Under the pieces are notes generated by a model that did not search any database, was not told the origin of the DNA, and saw only the letters and a list, made by a program, of their open reading frames with translations. DNA of 64,000 nt, taken from an uncultured Methylocucumis sp. Its GTDB lineage: Bacteria; Pseudomonadota; Gammaproteobacteria; Methylococcales; Methylomonadaceae. The position numbers were made by a program, and so were the translations under genes. The stretch covers positions 36,381 to 100,380 of the forward strand of contig CAYUQV010000004.1 in the NCBI GenBank assembly GCA_964446885.1, written 5' to 3'. Positions 11,104 to 20,810 of this stretch are shown here, in pieces; the stretch's first letter is position 1; each line of letters opens with the position of its first letter.

Positions 11104-13047
11104 ATGAGGAATTTGGAATTTAAAGAAAAAATGCACGAATATTCAATATGGCGTGCGAATCTGATACAGGCAATAGAAATGTATCAGGAATGGCTGGTGC
11201 GTTACGGGTTGGATGATGCTCGCCGTACCAATACCCTTTTAAATATCCTGTCCAGTTTGAAAAACGACCGTATTACGCTAGCTTTCGTTGCAGAATTTTC
11301 TCGCGGTAAAACTGAACTTATCAACGCCATGTTTTTTGCAGAATCTGGCGTGAGGTTGTTGCCGTCTTCCCCTGGCCGTACCACGATGTCGCCGACTGAG
11401 ATTTTTTTCGATCAGGAAGGCGGCAGCTACATCCGCTTGCTGAACATCGAAAGCCGTTTGGAAGACATGTCGCTTGCGGAATTTAAAAATATCCCCGAAC
11501 GATGGACACAATTTGACCTTGACTGCAATTCGCCTACACAAATGCAAAGTGTGTTTAAGGAATTGGTCGCCACCAAAAAAGTAGACCGTGAACTGGCCGA
11601 CAGGTTAGGCTTGTGGAATGAACGTGAAGCGGCGACTCAAGGCGAACTGAATCCAGATAAAGTCGAGATTCCTTGTTGGCGGCATGCTTTGATCAGTTTT
11701 CCGCATCCGTTATTGAAACAAGGCTTGTCCATTATCGACACACCGGGCTTAAATGCACTCGGTACTGAGCCTGAGCTGACCCTCAATATGTTGCCAAGTG
11801 CCCAAGCTATTGTTTTTATGCTGGCGGCTGACACTGGGGTCACAAAAAGCGACCTTGAAATTTGGTTGAACCATATCAACCGTTCCCGCAGTAATACGAC
11901 GCAGGGTCTGGCCGTTGTCATGAACAAGATTGACGCGATGTGGGACGACCTCAACGGCAGCAATGATTATGACCGTTCCATCAGCTCCCAAATCAAAGCG
12001 TCAGCGGCTATTTTAAAAATCGACGAGGAATCCATTTTCCCCGTGTCCGCAAAACAAGCATTGCTTGCCAAAATTAAAGGCGACAATGAATTGCTTGAAC
12101 GGAGTAAATTGTCTGTCCTGGAACATTACTTGGCACATGACATTTTAAAAGACAAGCGCAAGATCATGATGGCCACGATAGTCCGTGATATGGGGGGGAT
12201 CGTTAGCGAATCATTGAATTTGACCAGCTCTGCATTGGCACACGCTGTCCAGCAGTTGGACGAATTCAGAAAAATTGATTTCAATAATCAGGACATGACC
12301 GGCAAGTTAATGGCCGAGACCCGTGATCGGCAAAGCGTTTACATGTCGAATGTCGAAAACTTCCAATCCAGCCGCCGGGTGTTTATTGTCCAAGCCAAAA
12401 TGCTGATTGATTCTTTTTCTGAAGATAAGATCAATGACATTGTCTCAGTCGCCAGACATGACATCAGCAAAAGCTTGACCACCATCGGCATGAAGCAAAA
12501 TATCCGTAAATTGTTTGATGACTTACGGGATATGTTGCAAGATTCGTCTGATATTGCCAATGAAACTCGCCGTCTTGTAAAGGCTATACATAAAAAATTC
12601 AAAGACGAATATGGCTTTAAAGAAATTGAGCCTAGATTGTTTGATATTAAAAAATATCAAATTGAGCTTGAGCAAGTCTTCGATGAAGGTGAAGCCTTCC
12701 GTAACAGTACCCGTGTGACCTTGACCGAACAACGGATTGTCGTGGACATGTTGTATAAAACGCTGGTCTTAAAGGCTAAGAACATACTTAAACAAGCCCA
12801 TGATGATGCGGTGGCGTGGAGCGGCGGTGCATTGTCACCATTGGCGAGGCAAATTAAAGACCACAAAAAGCAAATTGAAGGGCGATTGCAGATGCTTCGG
12901 AAAATCAACGAATCAAAAGGCACGATTGCCGAAAATATTGCCGCCCTTGAATCCGAGGTTGAGCCTTTGAAACGTCAACGTGACGAGCTGGCGATTATGA
13001 TAAAAGCCATGCAAATCGAAAGCTTTTCATCAGAAAGTGGAAATTGA
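11104..13047 (+). CDS. bacterial dynamin-like GTPase
   Basis: G1 'AEFSRGKTELINA', G2 'GRTTM', G3 'DTPG', G4 'NKID'; helical coiled-coil C-terminus. Confidence 0.88.
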   Translation: MRNLEFKEKMHEYSIWRANLIQAIEMYQEWLVRYGLDDARRTNTLLNILSSLKNDRITLAFVAEFSRGKTELINAMFFAESGVRLLPSSPGRTTMSPTEIFFDQEGGSYIRLLNIESRLEDMSLAEFKNIPERWTQFDLDCNSPTQMQSVFKELVATKKVDRELADRLGLWNEREAATQGELNPDKVEIPCWRHALISFPHPLLKQGLSIIDTPGLNALGTEPELTLNMLPSAQAIVFMLAADTGVTKSDLEIWLNHINRSRSNTTQGLAVVMNKIDAMWDDLNGSNDYDRSISSQIKASAAILKIDEESIFPVSAKQALLAKIKGDNELLERSKLSVLEHYLAHDILKDKRKIMMATIVRDMGGIVSESLNLTSSALAHAVQQLDEFRKIDFNNQDMTGKLMAETRDRQSVYMSNVENFQSSRRVFIVQAKMLIDSFSEDKINDIVSVARHDISKSLTTIGMKQNIRKLFDDLRDMLQDSSDIANETRRLVKAIHKKFKDEYGFKEIEPRLFDIKKYQIELEQVFDEGEAFRNSTRVTLTEQRIVVDMLYKTLVLKAKNILKQAHDDAVAWSGGALSPLARQIKDHKKQIEGRLQMLRKINESKGTIAENIAALESEVEPLKRQRDELAIMIKAMQIESFSSESGN

Positions 13048-13098
13048 TCCCTTATTACTCAATTGGCTATCAGGCTTCTAATAGCCAATTGATTTTAT

Positions 13099-13785
13099 TC
13101 AAGGCCGTTTGAATATCAAATCCCAAACCCCATGCCCCAGCCGCAAGCCGCGTTGTTCAAACTTTGTTAATGGCCGATAAATAGGCCGTTCACAATAATC
13201 ATCAGTAGGGCTAACATTTGTTAAACAAGGCTCTGCTTTTAAAATATCCAGCATCCATTCTGCATAATGTTGCCAATCCGTGGCGGCATGAAAATAACCG
13301 CCTTCAGTCAATTTCTTGACTAATAACCCAACAAACTCTGCATTGACGATCCGGCGTTTATGATGCTTTTTCTTCGGCCAAGGATCGGGGAAAAACAGAT
13401 GCAATCCAGCCAGTGTGTAGTCTGGGATTCTTTGTTGGAGAACTTCGATGGCATCATGGCAATAAATCCTGACATTCTGCAAACCTTGTTGCTCCAATAG
13501 CATCAATAAATGCCCCACACCAGGGCGGTGCACTTCTATGCCGATAAAATCCTGATTGGGATTCGCAGTGGCCATTTTGGCCAAACTTTCCCCATTACCA
13601 AAACCAATTTCCATAACCAATGGCGCGGTACGTCCAAAAACTTCGTTAAAGTTGTAATCAAGTTCCGGGTTTAGGCAGTATTTGTCCCAGTGGTTTTCCA
13701 GCGAAAATTGCTGGCCTGGCGTTAAACGGCCTTGGCGGCGGATAAAGCTGCGGATTTTTTTCAGGTGAATTTCAGGGTCAGACAT
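13099..13785 (-). CDS. trmB: tRNA (guanine-N7)-methyltransferase
   Basis: 'EIGFGNG', 'GIEVH', 'FFPDPWPKKKHHKRR', 'ATDW', 'TKFE'. Confidence 0.96.
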   Translation of the reverse strand: MSDPEIHLKKIRSFIRRQGRLTPGQQFSLENHWDKYCLNPELDYNFNEVFGRTAPLVMEIGFGNGESLAKMATANPNQDFIGIEVHRPGVGHLLMLLEQQGLQNVRIYCHDAIEVLQQRIPDYTLAGLHLFFPDPWPKKKHHKRRIVNAEFVGLLVKKLTEGGYFHAATDWQHYAEWMLDILKAEPCLTNVSPTDDYCERPIYRPLTKFEQRGLRLGHGVWDLIFKRP

Positions 13786-13810
13786 AATTTAAAAGGGGGA
13801 GGGCGGAACG

Positions 13811-13861
13811 ACAAAGGACACGCAGCACACAAATAAATTCCGTGCGCTTCGTGCCCTTTGT
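13811..13861. repeat. imperfect CACGAA-type hairpin
   Basis: ACAAAGGACACGCAGCACAC...GTGCGCTTCGTGCCCTTTGT; related to the arms of 24014..24163. Confidence 0.6.
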
Positions 13862-13876
13862 GGTGAATAAAACGGA

Positions 13877-14854
13877 TTAAATGATTAGGCCATCAATCGG
13901 TGACGATGCGGAAGCAAATCGCCGTCTGGGCATACGCCCTGCCAAGAAAGCTTCACGTCCGGCTTGGATACCTTTGCGCATCGCCGAAGCCATCAGGATA
14001 GGGTTTTTGGCATCAGCAATCGCGGTGTTCATCAACACGCCGTCACAACCTAATTCCATCGCAATCGCGGCATCAGAGGCGGTGCCGACGCCTGCATCCA
14101 CCAAAATAGGCACGTTCGCGTTTTCAATGATCGTTAAGATATTGTACGGATTGCGCACGCCCAAACCGGAACCTATCGGCGCGGCCAGCGGCATGACCGC
14201 AACACAGCCTATCGCTTCCAAGCGTTTTGCGGCGATAGGGTCATCGTTGGTGTAAACCATGACATCAAAGCCATCTTTCACCAATAATTCTGCGGCAATA
14301 TAGGTTTCGGCAACATCAGGGAACAAGGTTTTTTGATCCGCCAACACTTCCAGTTTGACTAACTTATGCCCACCCAACAATTCCCGCGCCAAACGGCATG
14401 TCCGCACCGCGTCATCGGCGGTGTAGCAACCTGCGGTGTTAGGCAAAATGGTGTATTTGTCGGGTGAAATCACATCCAGCAAATTCGGTTCGCCAGGATT
14501 TTGGCCGATGTTCGTGCGGCGGATCGCCACGGTGACAATCTGCGCCCCGCTGGCTTCAATCGCCAAACGGGTCTCTTCCATGTCCTTATATTTGCCTGTG
14601 CCAACCAATAAACGTGACTGGTAAGCCTTACCTGCCAAAATAAACGAATCATCTTGACCGCCACCAATGGCATGGACAATTTCCAAGCGGTCATCCGCTT
14701 GCAATTTTTGGTTGGCGTAAGTGTTAAAAGGCAAAATTTCTTTATTCAATTCAACGGCAATCTTTTTGCCCGTTAAGCCCAATTCGGCAACCAAATCGGC
14801 AACGGACATATTTTCTGCACAATCACGGCTGTCGCCGTTTACAAAAACTTTCAT
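13877..14854 (-). CDS. thiG: fused sulfur carrier ThiS / thiazole synthase ThiG
   Basis: N-terminal 66 aa ubiquitin-like ThiS ending 'EIVHAIGGG', continuing in frame into ThiG ('[10 protein letters not shown]', 'LPNTAGC', 'KLEV', 'DAGVG'). Confidence 0.95.
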   Translation of the reverse strand: MKVFVNGDSRDCAENMSVADLVAELGLTGKKIAVELNKEILPFNTYANQKLQADDRLEIVHAIGGGQDDSFILAGKAYQSRLLVGTGKYKDMEETRLAIEASGAQIVTVAIRRTNIGQNPGEPNLLDVISPDKYTILPNTAGCYTADDAVRTCRLARELLGGHKLVKLEVLADQKTLFPDVAETYIAAELLVKDGFDVMVYTNDDPIAAKRLEAIGCVAVMPLAAPIGSGLGVRNPYNILTIIENANVPILVDAGVGTASDAAIAMELGCDGVLMNTAIADAKNPILMASAMRKGIQAGREAFLAGRMPRRRFASASSPIDGLII

Positions 14855-15939
14855 ACTTTCAAACTCCCATCAGGATTAGCTATGCGGCGTTTGCGCACCG
14901 ATTCAGCCAAATCTCGTAACAATGGCACAGTGTCTTCCCAGCCTAAACAGCCATCCGTGATACTTTGCCCGTAGACCAATTCTTGGCCGTCAATTTGTTT
15001 TTGGCTGCCCGCCTTCAAATGGCTTTCGATCATCACGCCCATGATACGGTGGTCGCCGTGGGCGATTTGTGCGCCGACATCTTCACCGACAATCAATTGC
15101 CGCTGGCATTGCTTCAAGCTATTGGCGTGGCTGAAATCGATCATGATGTTCGGGCGCAAATTCGCTTTGCGTAAACCTTCCGCGACTTGTTCGACGCTGA
15201 CCGCATCATAATTGGGCCGGTCATTGCCGCCGCGCAGAATGATATGCACATCTTCATTGCCCGTTGTGGAGAAAATCGCCGAATGCCCCATTTTGGTCAA
15301 CGATAAGAAGTGGTGCGGGCTCATTGCCGCGCCAATCGCGTCAATCGCGATTTTGATCGTGCCATCGGTGGAATTTTTGAAACCGATAGGACAAGACACC
15401 CCAGAAGCCAACTCGCGGTGGCCTTGGCTTTCGGTGGTGCGTGCGCCAATCGCGCCCCATGAGATCAAATCAGAAATGTATTGTGGGCTGATCAAATCCA
15501 AATATTCGGTAGCCGCTGGCATTCCCATGCTGGCGACATCCACCAATAATTGGCGGGCGATGCGCAAGCCTTTGTTGATATTGAAACTGGAATCCAAATC
15601 AGGGTCATTGATCAAACCTTTCCAACCGACCGTCGTGCGTGGTTTTTCAAAATAAACCCGCATGACGATGAGCAAATCGTCTTTCAGCTCCTCTTTCATG
15701 GCTTTCAGCCGTTGCGCGTACTCTATAGCGGCAATCGGGTCATGGATGGAACAAGGCCCGATTACAACCAGCACCCGGTCATCCGCGCCCGTCAGGATGT
15801 TATGGATTTCTTTACGTGCGGCGGCGGTGGTTTCGGCGGCCGCTTCGGTAATTGGCAATTCCTCGTGGACCAGAATCGGTGCAATCACTTCTTTAATTTC
15901 ACAAATTCTCAAATCGTCAGTGTTATATTTTGTTTGCAT
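14851..15939 (-). CDS. aroG: class I DAHP synthase
   Basis: 'GPCSIHD', '[15 protein letters not shown]', 'IGARTTESQ', 'DFSHANS', 'SITDGC'; isoenzyme type (aroF/G/H) not determinable. Confidence 0.92.
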   Translation of the reverse strand: MQTKYNTDDLRICEIKEVIAPILVHEELPITEAAAETTAAARKEIHNILTGADDRVLVVIGPCSIHDPIAAIEYAQRLKAMKEELKDDLLIVMRVYFEKPRTTVGWKGLINDPDLDSSFNINKGLRIARQLLVDVASMGMPAATEYLDLISPQYISDLISWGAIGARTTESQGHRELASGVSCPIGFKNSTDGTIKIAIDAIGAAMSPHHFLSLTKMGHSAIFSTTGNEDVHIILRGGNDRPNYDAVSVEQVAEGLRKANLRPNIMIDFSHANSLKQCQRQLIVGEDVGAQIAHGDHRIMGVMIESHLKAGSQKQIDGQELVYGQSITDGCLGWEDTVPLLRDLAESVRKRRIANPDGSLKV

Positions 15940-16092
15940 GAGTGCTACCAAGCTGCTGCTTTATGACAAGATTGACATTAAATCTTGGCATTTTAACCGT
16001 TTTCAGTCTTTTTGTGGCTAGTTTTTGCGTTCGTGGCAAACTTGTTGCCTCTGTTCGGACAAAATTGGCATAAACCCTGTTGGAGCTTAAGC

Positions 16093-16593
16093 TTAAGTTG
16101 GACGGGAAGCTCTAGTCAGCCTTACAAAGCTGTAACTAAAACCCACTTGCGGATCATCATCAATGTCTTCGCGTGACAGCTCAAGCCAATCCTCCGCTTG
16201 CCATTCTGGGAAAAACGTATCGCCCGCAAAAACTTGGTGTATCTGTGTCAGATAAAGCTCATCCGCGACAGGCAATAGCGCTTCATACAATGTTGCACCA
16301 CCAATCACAAAAACCTGTTGCGCTTCTGAACACGCAAACCGTATCGCCTCATCCAGCGAAGCAAAGACAAGGCAATCTTGGTGTTGGAAATCAGGATTGC
16401 GGCTGACCACAATATTCATCCTGCCTGGCAAGGCTTTTCCGATAGCGGCAAAGGTTTTCCGGCCCATAATAATGGGGTGTCCCATTGTGACCCGTTTGAA
16501 TTGTTTAAGGTCGGCGGACAAATGCCAGGGCATTTGATTGTTAAGGCCAATAGCACGATTACTGGCTAAAGCCACGATCAGTGAGATTTTCAT
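16093..16593 (-). CDS. folA: dihydrofolate reductase
   Basis: 'IGLNNQMPWHLSADLKQFK', 'IMGRKTF', 'LPGR', 'VIGGATLY', 'GDTFFP'. Confidence 0.96.
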   Translation of the reverse strand: MKISLIVALASNRAIGLNNQMPWHLSADLKQFKRVTMGHPIIMGRKTFAAIGKALPGRMNIVVSRNPDFQHQDCLVFASLDEAIRFACSEAQQVFVIGGATLYEALLPVADELYLTQIHQVFAGDTFFPEWQAEDWLELSREDIDDDPQVGFSYSFVRLTRASRPT

Positions 16594-16654
16594 ATAATGA
16601 ATAAAGTATATTTTGATATGCTATTAAAAAATGCGTAACTAACCGCCCTGGCTT

Positions 16655-16760
16655 TTAGGAACGGGCATGAATTAACTTCGACAACATGTTCCCTCTCCCA
16701 CTGGGAGAGGGTTAGGGAGAGGGAAATCAAATGCCCAAGTTATTTCAGCCCGTTTCTTAG
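16655..16760. mobile_element. MITE/REP-like element with CCCTCTCCC-GGGAGAGGG core
   Basis: Imperfect ~24-bp terminal inverted repeats (TTAGGAACGGGCATGAATTAACTT / AAGTTATTTCAGCCCGTTTCTTAG) around CCCTCTCCCACTGGGAGAGGG. Confidence 0.65.
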
Positions 16761-16811
16761 ATAAAACCTAAGTGTCAAGACCAATAACCGTTAAACGTCA
16801 CATCATACATT

Positions 16812-17828
16812 ATGGCTGAAAAAAATATTTTGCTGGTTTTTACTGGCGGGACGATTGGTTCTATGGCTAATGCCGGAACAATTGACACATCCGAAACCGC
16901 CCGCTTCAAATTATTGGCATTGTTTGAGGAACATTACCCAGACCACCAACAATTTGTTTTTAAAATTATCCAGCCCCTAAGCCTGTTAAGCGAAAATGTC
17001 ACCCCCCTCATTTGGACGGCTTTAATCACGGCCATTGAAGCGGAAAATCCCAAACAATACGATGGCGTGATCGTCACGCACGGGACTGACACCTTAAGCT
17101 TCACCGCCGCCGCCTTAAGCTATTATTTCCATCGCTTGGACGTGCCTGTATTGCTGGTGTCCAGCGATTACCCGCTAGCCGACAGCCGGGCAAATGGCCT
17201 GTTAAACTTCATTTGCGCCCTTGAATTCATTGCCCAATTGCCACAATCCGGCGTTTTTGTGCCTTACCGTAACCAAGGCCAAGCGATGATTGTGCATCAA
17301 GGCAACCATCTGGCGGCGTCCTTACAACTGAGCAGTGATTTTTTTAGTGTCCAACACAAAAGTTATCTGGAATATACCTCGACTTTTTCGGTCTTGGCAC
17401 AAAACGTTCGCCCATCCCAGCCAATTTATGATTTGTCCCCTAAGTTTTCCGAACGGGTGGTTTTGATCCGTCCTTATCCTGGCTTGGATTACCGCACCAT
17501 CAACTTAGATCATGTCGATGCGGTACTGCATGACCTTTACCATTCCGGTACTGCCTGCGTCTCCCCCATATCGGGTAGCCACTATTCTTTACAGGAATTC
17601 ATCAAAAATTGCCAACAACGAAATATCGCCGTTTATCTGGCTCCCGCATTAAAAACGCCTGATATTTACCAATCCACCCAGACCCTAATAGATTTAGGGA
17701 CGCAAGTGATTTGGAATCTCTCCATCGAAGCCACCTACGCCAAATTGCTGCTGGCTTACGGCAATTTTACATCCCAAGAAAAGATACTTGAATTTATGAA
17801 TGCCGATATTGCTAATGAGCATGTTTGA
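16812..17828 (+). CDS. L-asparaginase (cytoplasmic, type I-like)
   Basis: 'FTGGTIGS' and 'THGTDT' catalytic Thr motifs. Confidence 0.85.
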   Translation: MAEKNILLVFTGGTIGSMANAGTIDTSETARFKLLALFEEHYPDHQQFVFKIIQPLSLLSENVTPLIWTALITAIEAENPKQYDGVIVTHGTDTLSFTAAALSYYFHRLDVPVLLVSSDYPLADSRANGLLNFICALEFIAQLPQSGVFVPYRNQGQAMIVHQGNHLAASLQLSSDFFSVQHKSYLEYTSTFSVLAQNVRPSQPIYDLSPKFSERVVLIRPYPGLDYRTINLDHVDAVLHDLYHSGTACVSPISGSHYSLQEFIKNCQQRNIAVYLAPALKTPDIYQSTQTLIDLGTQVIWNLSIEATYAKLLLAYGNFTSQEKILEFMNADIANEHV

Positions 17829-17867
17829 CGGTTTCTGACTCAGGATTTTATCCAGAAACTTGACCCA

Positions 17868-20078
17868 TTAATACAAATCCACCGGATCAACATCTAAAGA
17901 CCAGCGTACTTTTTGCTTGGATTTTAACTTCTCCAGTTGTGGTACCAGTGTATCTAAAGCCCGGTGCAGGGCTTGGCGTTGTTCGCTTTGCAATAATAAT
18001 TGGTAGCGGTATAGCCCCGCCCGTTTTGCCATAGGCGCGGCGACCGGGCCTAAAATTTGGATGTTAGATTGGTCTGATTGCGCCAGTAATCCAACCACGG
18101 CTTTGAGAAAATCTAATGGTGCATCTTCCGTAGCGGCTTGTACACGCATCAACACTTGATAGCTGTAAGGCGGCAATCCTGCTTCTTGGCGTTCTGCCAG
18201 TGCGGTTTGGGCGAAGCGTTGATAACCCGAATGGATTAACGCCAGCAACAACGGATGGTCGGGGCGGCGGGTTTGCATAACCACGTTGCCGGGCTTTTCG
18301 GCGCGTCCGGCACGGCCTGAGACTTGCACCAGCAATTGCGCGAGTTTCTCGGCGGCATGGAAATCTATGCTAAATAAGCCACTGTCCACATCCAAAATCG
18401 CCACCAGTGTGACATTGGCAAAGTGGTGGCCTTTGGCGAGCATTTGCGTACCTAAAATAATATCCGCCTCGCCGCTGTTGATTTGCTCCAGAAAATCTTC
18501 CAACGTGCCTTTGCGTTGGGTGGTGTCGCGGTCTAAACGGACGATGGTTTTATCTGGAAATAGCTCCGCCAACACTTGCCCGATGCGTTCTGTGCCTAAA
18601 CCCAATGCGGTCAATTCGCCCGTTTTACAAGCAGGGCAGAGCTTGGGCAAGGCTTGTTCAACGCCACAGTGATGGCAACGCAAGCGTTGTTCATGGCGGT
18701 GGATGACCAAGTTCGCGTCGCAGCGGCGGCAACGGGCTACCCACGCGCAACTGTGGCAAATCAAGGTCGGGGCAAACCCGCGCCGATTCAGGAACAGCAG
18801 CACTTGCTCCTGTTTGGCTAAGGTGGTGCGGATGGCGGCCAATAAGGGTTCCGACAAGCCTTCGCGTAGCCGTTGGTTTCTGATGTCCAGCAATTGCAGT
18901 GTGGGTGGCAAGGCCGCGCCGGCCCGTTGGGGCAAACGCAAATGCTGGTAACGCCCCGTCTGCACGTTATATAAGCTTTCTAAGGCTGGAGTCGCCGAAC
19001 CCAGCACGACCGGAACGCTTAATTGTTTACCCCGCACCACGGCGACATCCCGCGCTGAAAACCGCAAGCCCTCTTGTTGTTTAAAAGACGTGTCATGTTC
19101 TTCATCCAGGATAATCAGCCCCAACTTTTTAAACGGCGTGAACAGGGCCGAACGCGTGCCCAACAAAATCGCACATTGGCCCTGTTGCATCTGTAGCCAA
19201 GCGGTTTGCCGTTGTTTGTCGGTCAATTTGGAATGCGACACGGCGATGGCGACACTAAAGCGTTGCCGGAAACGCGCTTCCAATTGCGGCGTGAGGGTGA
19301 TTTCCGGCACCAGCACCAACACTTGCAAACCGCGAGATAAGACAAGCGCGATAAGTTGCATATACACTTCGGTTTTGCCGCTCCCCGTTACGCCATCCAG
19401 TAAAAAGACGCGGAATTCGCCAAAACTTGCGGTGACGGCATCAATCGCCGCTTGTTGGTCAGGATTGCAAGGTAAACCGGGATTATGGCTCATAGCCAGT
19501 GCGGCCACATCGGGTGGTGGGCAGGCGGTCAACAGGCTTTTTTCAATTAAGCCCTTAACTGTGTTGCGCCATGACGCTTGAAATTCAGTGAATTGTGCTT
19601 CTGACACCGCACTTGCGTGGCTTTGGCAATACGCTAGCAACTGCTGTTGTTTCACGGAACGTTTTAATTGTGCCGGATCAAACGCTTTACCGGTCTCAGT
19701 GAGGGCGTAATACACCGCCTGCGGTACAGTCGCGGGCTTGCCTTGCCGCAAACCAGCGGGTAGGGCAGTGCTGACCACCATCCCCAACGGATAATGGTAA
19801 TAACGGCTGACCCATTGCCACAACGCCAAATCCATCGCCGACACCAGCGGCGCATCATCAATCACGCGGATAATCGGCTTTAGCTTTTCCGTTGCGATAG
19901 TGCTGGTCTGCGCCGTTTCGATTAATAAGCCAATCTTATGGCCTTTGCCAAACGGCACTTCAACCCGCACACCAGGACACACTAAGTGATCGGCGGGCGC
20001 CAGATAATCAAACAAGCTAAACACAGGCACAGGCAAGGCAACGCGGAAAATCCGTGCAGGAGCGGAATTGGTGGGCAT
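17868..20078 (-). CDS. priA: primosomal protein N' (replication restart helicase)
   Basis: 'GVTGSGKTEVY', 'DEEHD', 'NRRG', four CxxC Zn motifs, 'GTQMLAKG', 'GRAGR', 'DVDP'. Confidence 0.97.
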   Translation of the reverse strand: MPTNSAPARIFRVALPVPVFSLFDYLAPADHLVCPGVRVEVPFGKGHKIGLLIETAQTSTIATEKLKPIIRVIDDAPLVSAMDLALWQWVSRYYHYPLGMVVSTALPAGLRQGKPATVPQAVYYALTETGKAFDPAQLKRSVKQQQLLAYCQSHASAVSEAQFTEFQASWRNTVKGLIEKSLLTACPPPDVAALAMSHNPGLPCNPDQQAAIDAVTASFGEFRVFLLDGVTGSGKTEVYMQLIALVLSRGLQVLVLVPEITLTPQLEARFRQRFSVAIAVSHSKLTDKQRQTAWLQMQQGQCAILLGTRSALFTPFKKLGLIILDEEHDTSFKQQEGLRFSARDVAVVRGKQLSVPVVLGSATPALESLYNVQTGRYQHLRLPQRAGAALPPTLQLLDIRNQRLREGLSEPLLAAIRTTLAKQEQVLLFLNRRGFAPTLICHSCAWVARCRRCDANLVIHRHEQRLRCHHCGVEQALPKLCPACKTGELTALGLGTERIGQVLAELFPDKTIVRLDRDTTQRKGTLEDFLEQINSGEADIILGTQMLAKGHHFANVTLVAILDVDSGLFSIDFHAAEKLAQLLVQVSGRAGRAEKPGNVVMQTRRPDHPLLLALIHSGYQRFAQTALAERQEAGLPPYSYQVLMRVQAATEDAPLDFLKAVVGLLAQSDQSNIQILGPVAAPMAKRAGLYRYQLLLQSEQRQALHRALDTLVPQLEKLKSKQKVRWSLDVDPVDLY

Positions 20079-20154
20079 TCAGAGGAAAAGGGGCAATTAA
20101 GATACCGCATTATAGCGGGGTCAGCGGCAGGCTTGGAATTTGTTCGTGCAAAGC

Positions 20155-20175
20155 TGTGGATAACTTTGTGGATAG
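20155..20175. promoter_or_regulatory. tandem DnaA-box-like sites upstream of priA
   Basis: TGTGGATAA (perfect reverse complement of TTATCCACA) plus TGTGGATAG, 12 bp apart start to start. Confidence 0.5.
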
Positions 20176-20342
20176 CCTGTTAATAAGTTTTTGGCCTAAA
20201 CACTGTCTAGTCGATTAGAGGCCATTTGCTTGCTTGCGACGAGTTCGTATAGGTGGCGTTTTAGCGGGTATCCATGCTGACTCAAGACGCGTCCATGCGT
20301 TTGTCAGACAACGGCTGATATGACGCAGCCGCGACAAATCAA

Positions 20343-20687
20343 TTAGGGGCGGTGAATAATAAGCACTATCGCAATCGCCAGCATTGCAAATCCGATCATT
20401 TGCGAGAGGCAGATAGTTTCACCCAGTACAAAGTGGGAGACGAGGGCTACACAGATAACACCGAAAGCCAAATGAAAGGAAGCCATCTGTGCGCCGCTGT
20501 ATGTGCCGAATCCGTAACGAGTCGCCGCCACGTTAAGGACATACTCAGGCAAGACCAACATCCAACTTGCACCTAACGCAGTCCAGAAGCCGATCGAATC
20601 CTTATAGCGTAGATGGCCAAGCCACGCCAATGCCATCAGGCAACTCGACACAAACATCAACACAGGGACAACAAGTACTGCCTTCAT
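20343..20687 (-). CDS. small DMT-superfamily membrane protein (DUF486-like)
   Basis: Four hydrophobic helices; 'MALAWLGHL', 'SW..VLPEY' pattern. Confidence 0.75.
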   Translation of the reverse strand: MKAVLVVPVLMFVSSCLMALAWLGHLRYKDSIGFWTALGASWMLVLPEYVLNVAATRYGFGTYSGAQMASFHLAFGVICVALVSHFVLGETICLSQMIGFAMLAIAIVLIIHRP

Positions 20688-20810
20688 TTCTTTTCCTCAT
20701 AGATTGTTATTGGATTGTTGTTATCAGAAGCCAAAGGCTTCCATAATATAATCAGTCGGTTAAGGCATTGGAAAAGCAACACGATGAAATGGCCAAATGC
20801 CTTAATGCTT

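Noticed and set aside
16034-16049. TGGCAA-N5-TTGC, a sigma54-like motif on the + strand
   Set aside because: It points into the 3' end of the antisense folA gene, with no + strand gene within about 750 bp; likely chance
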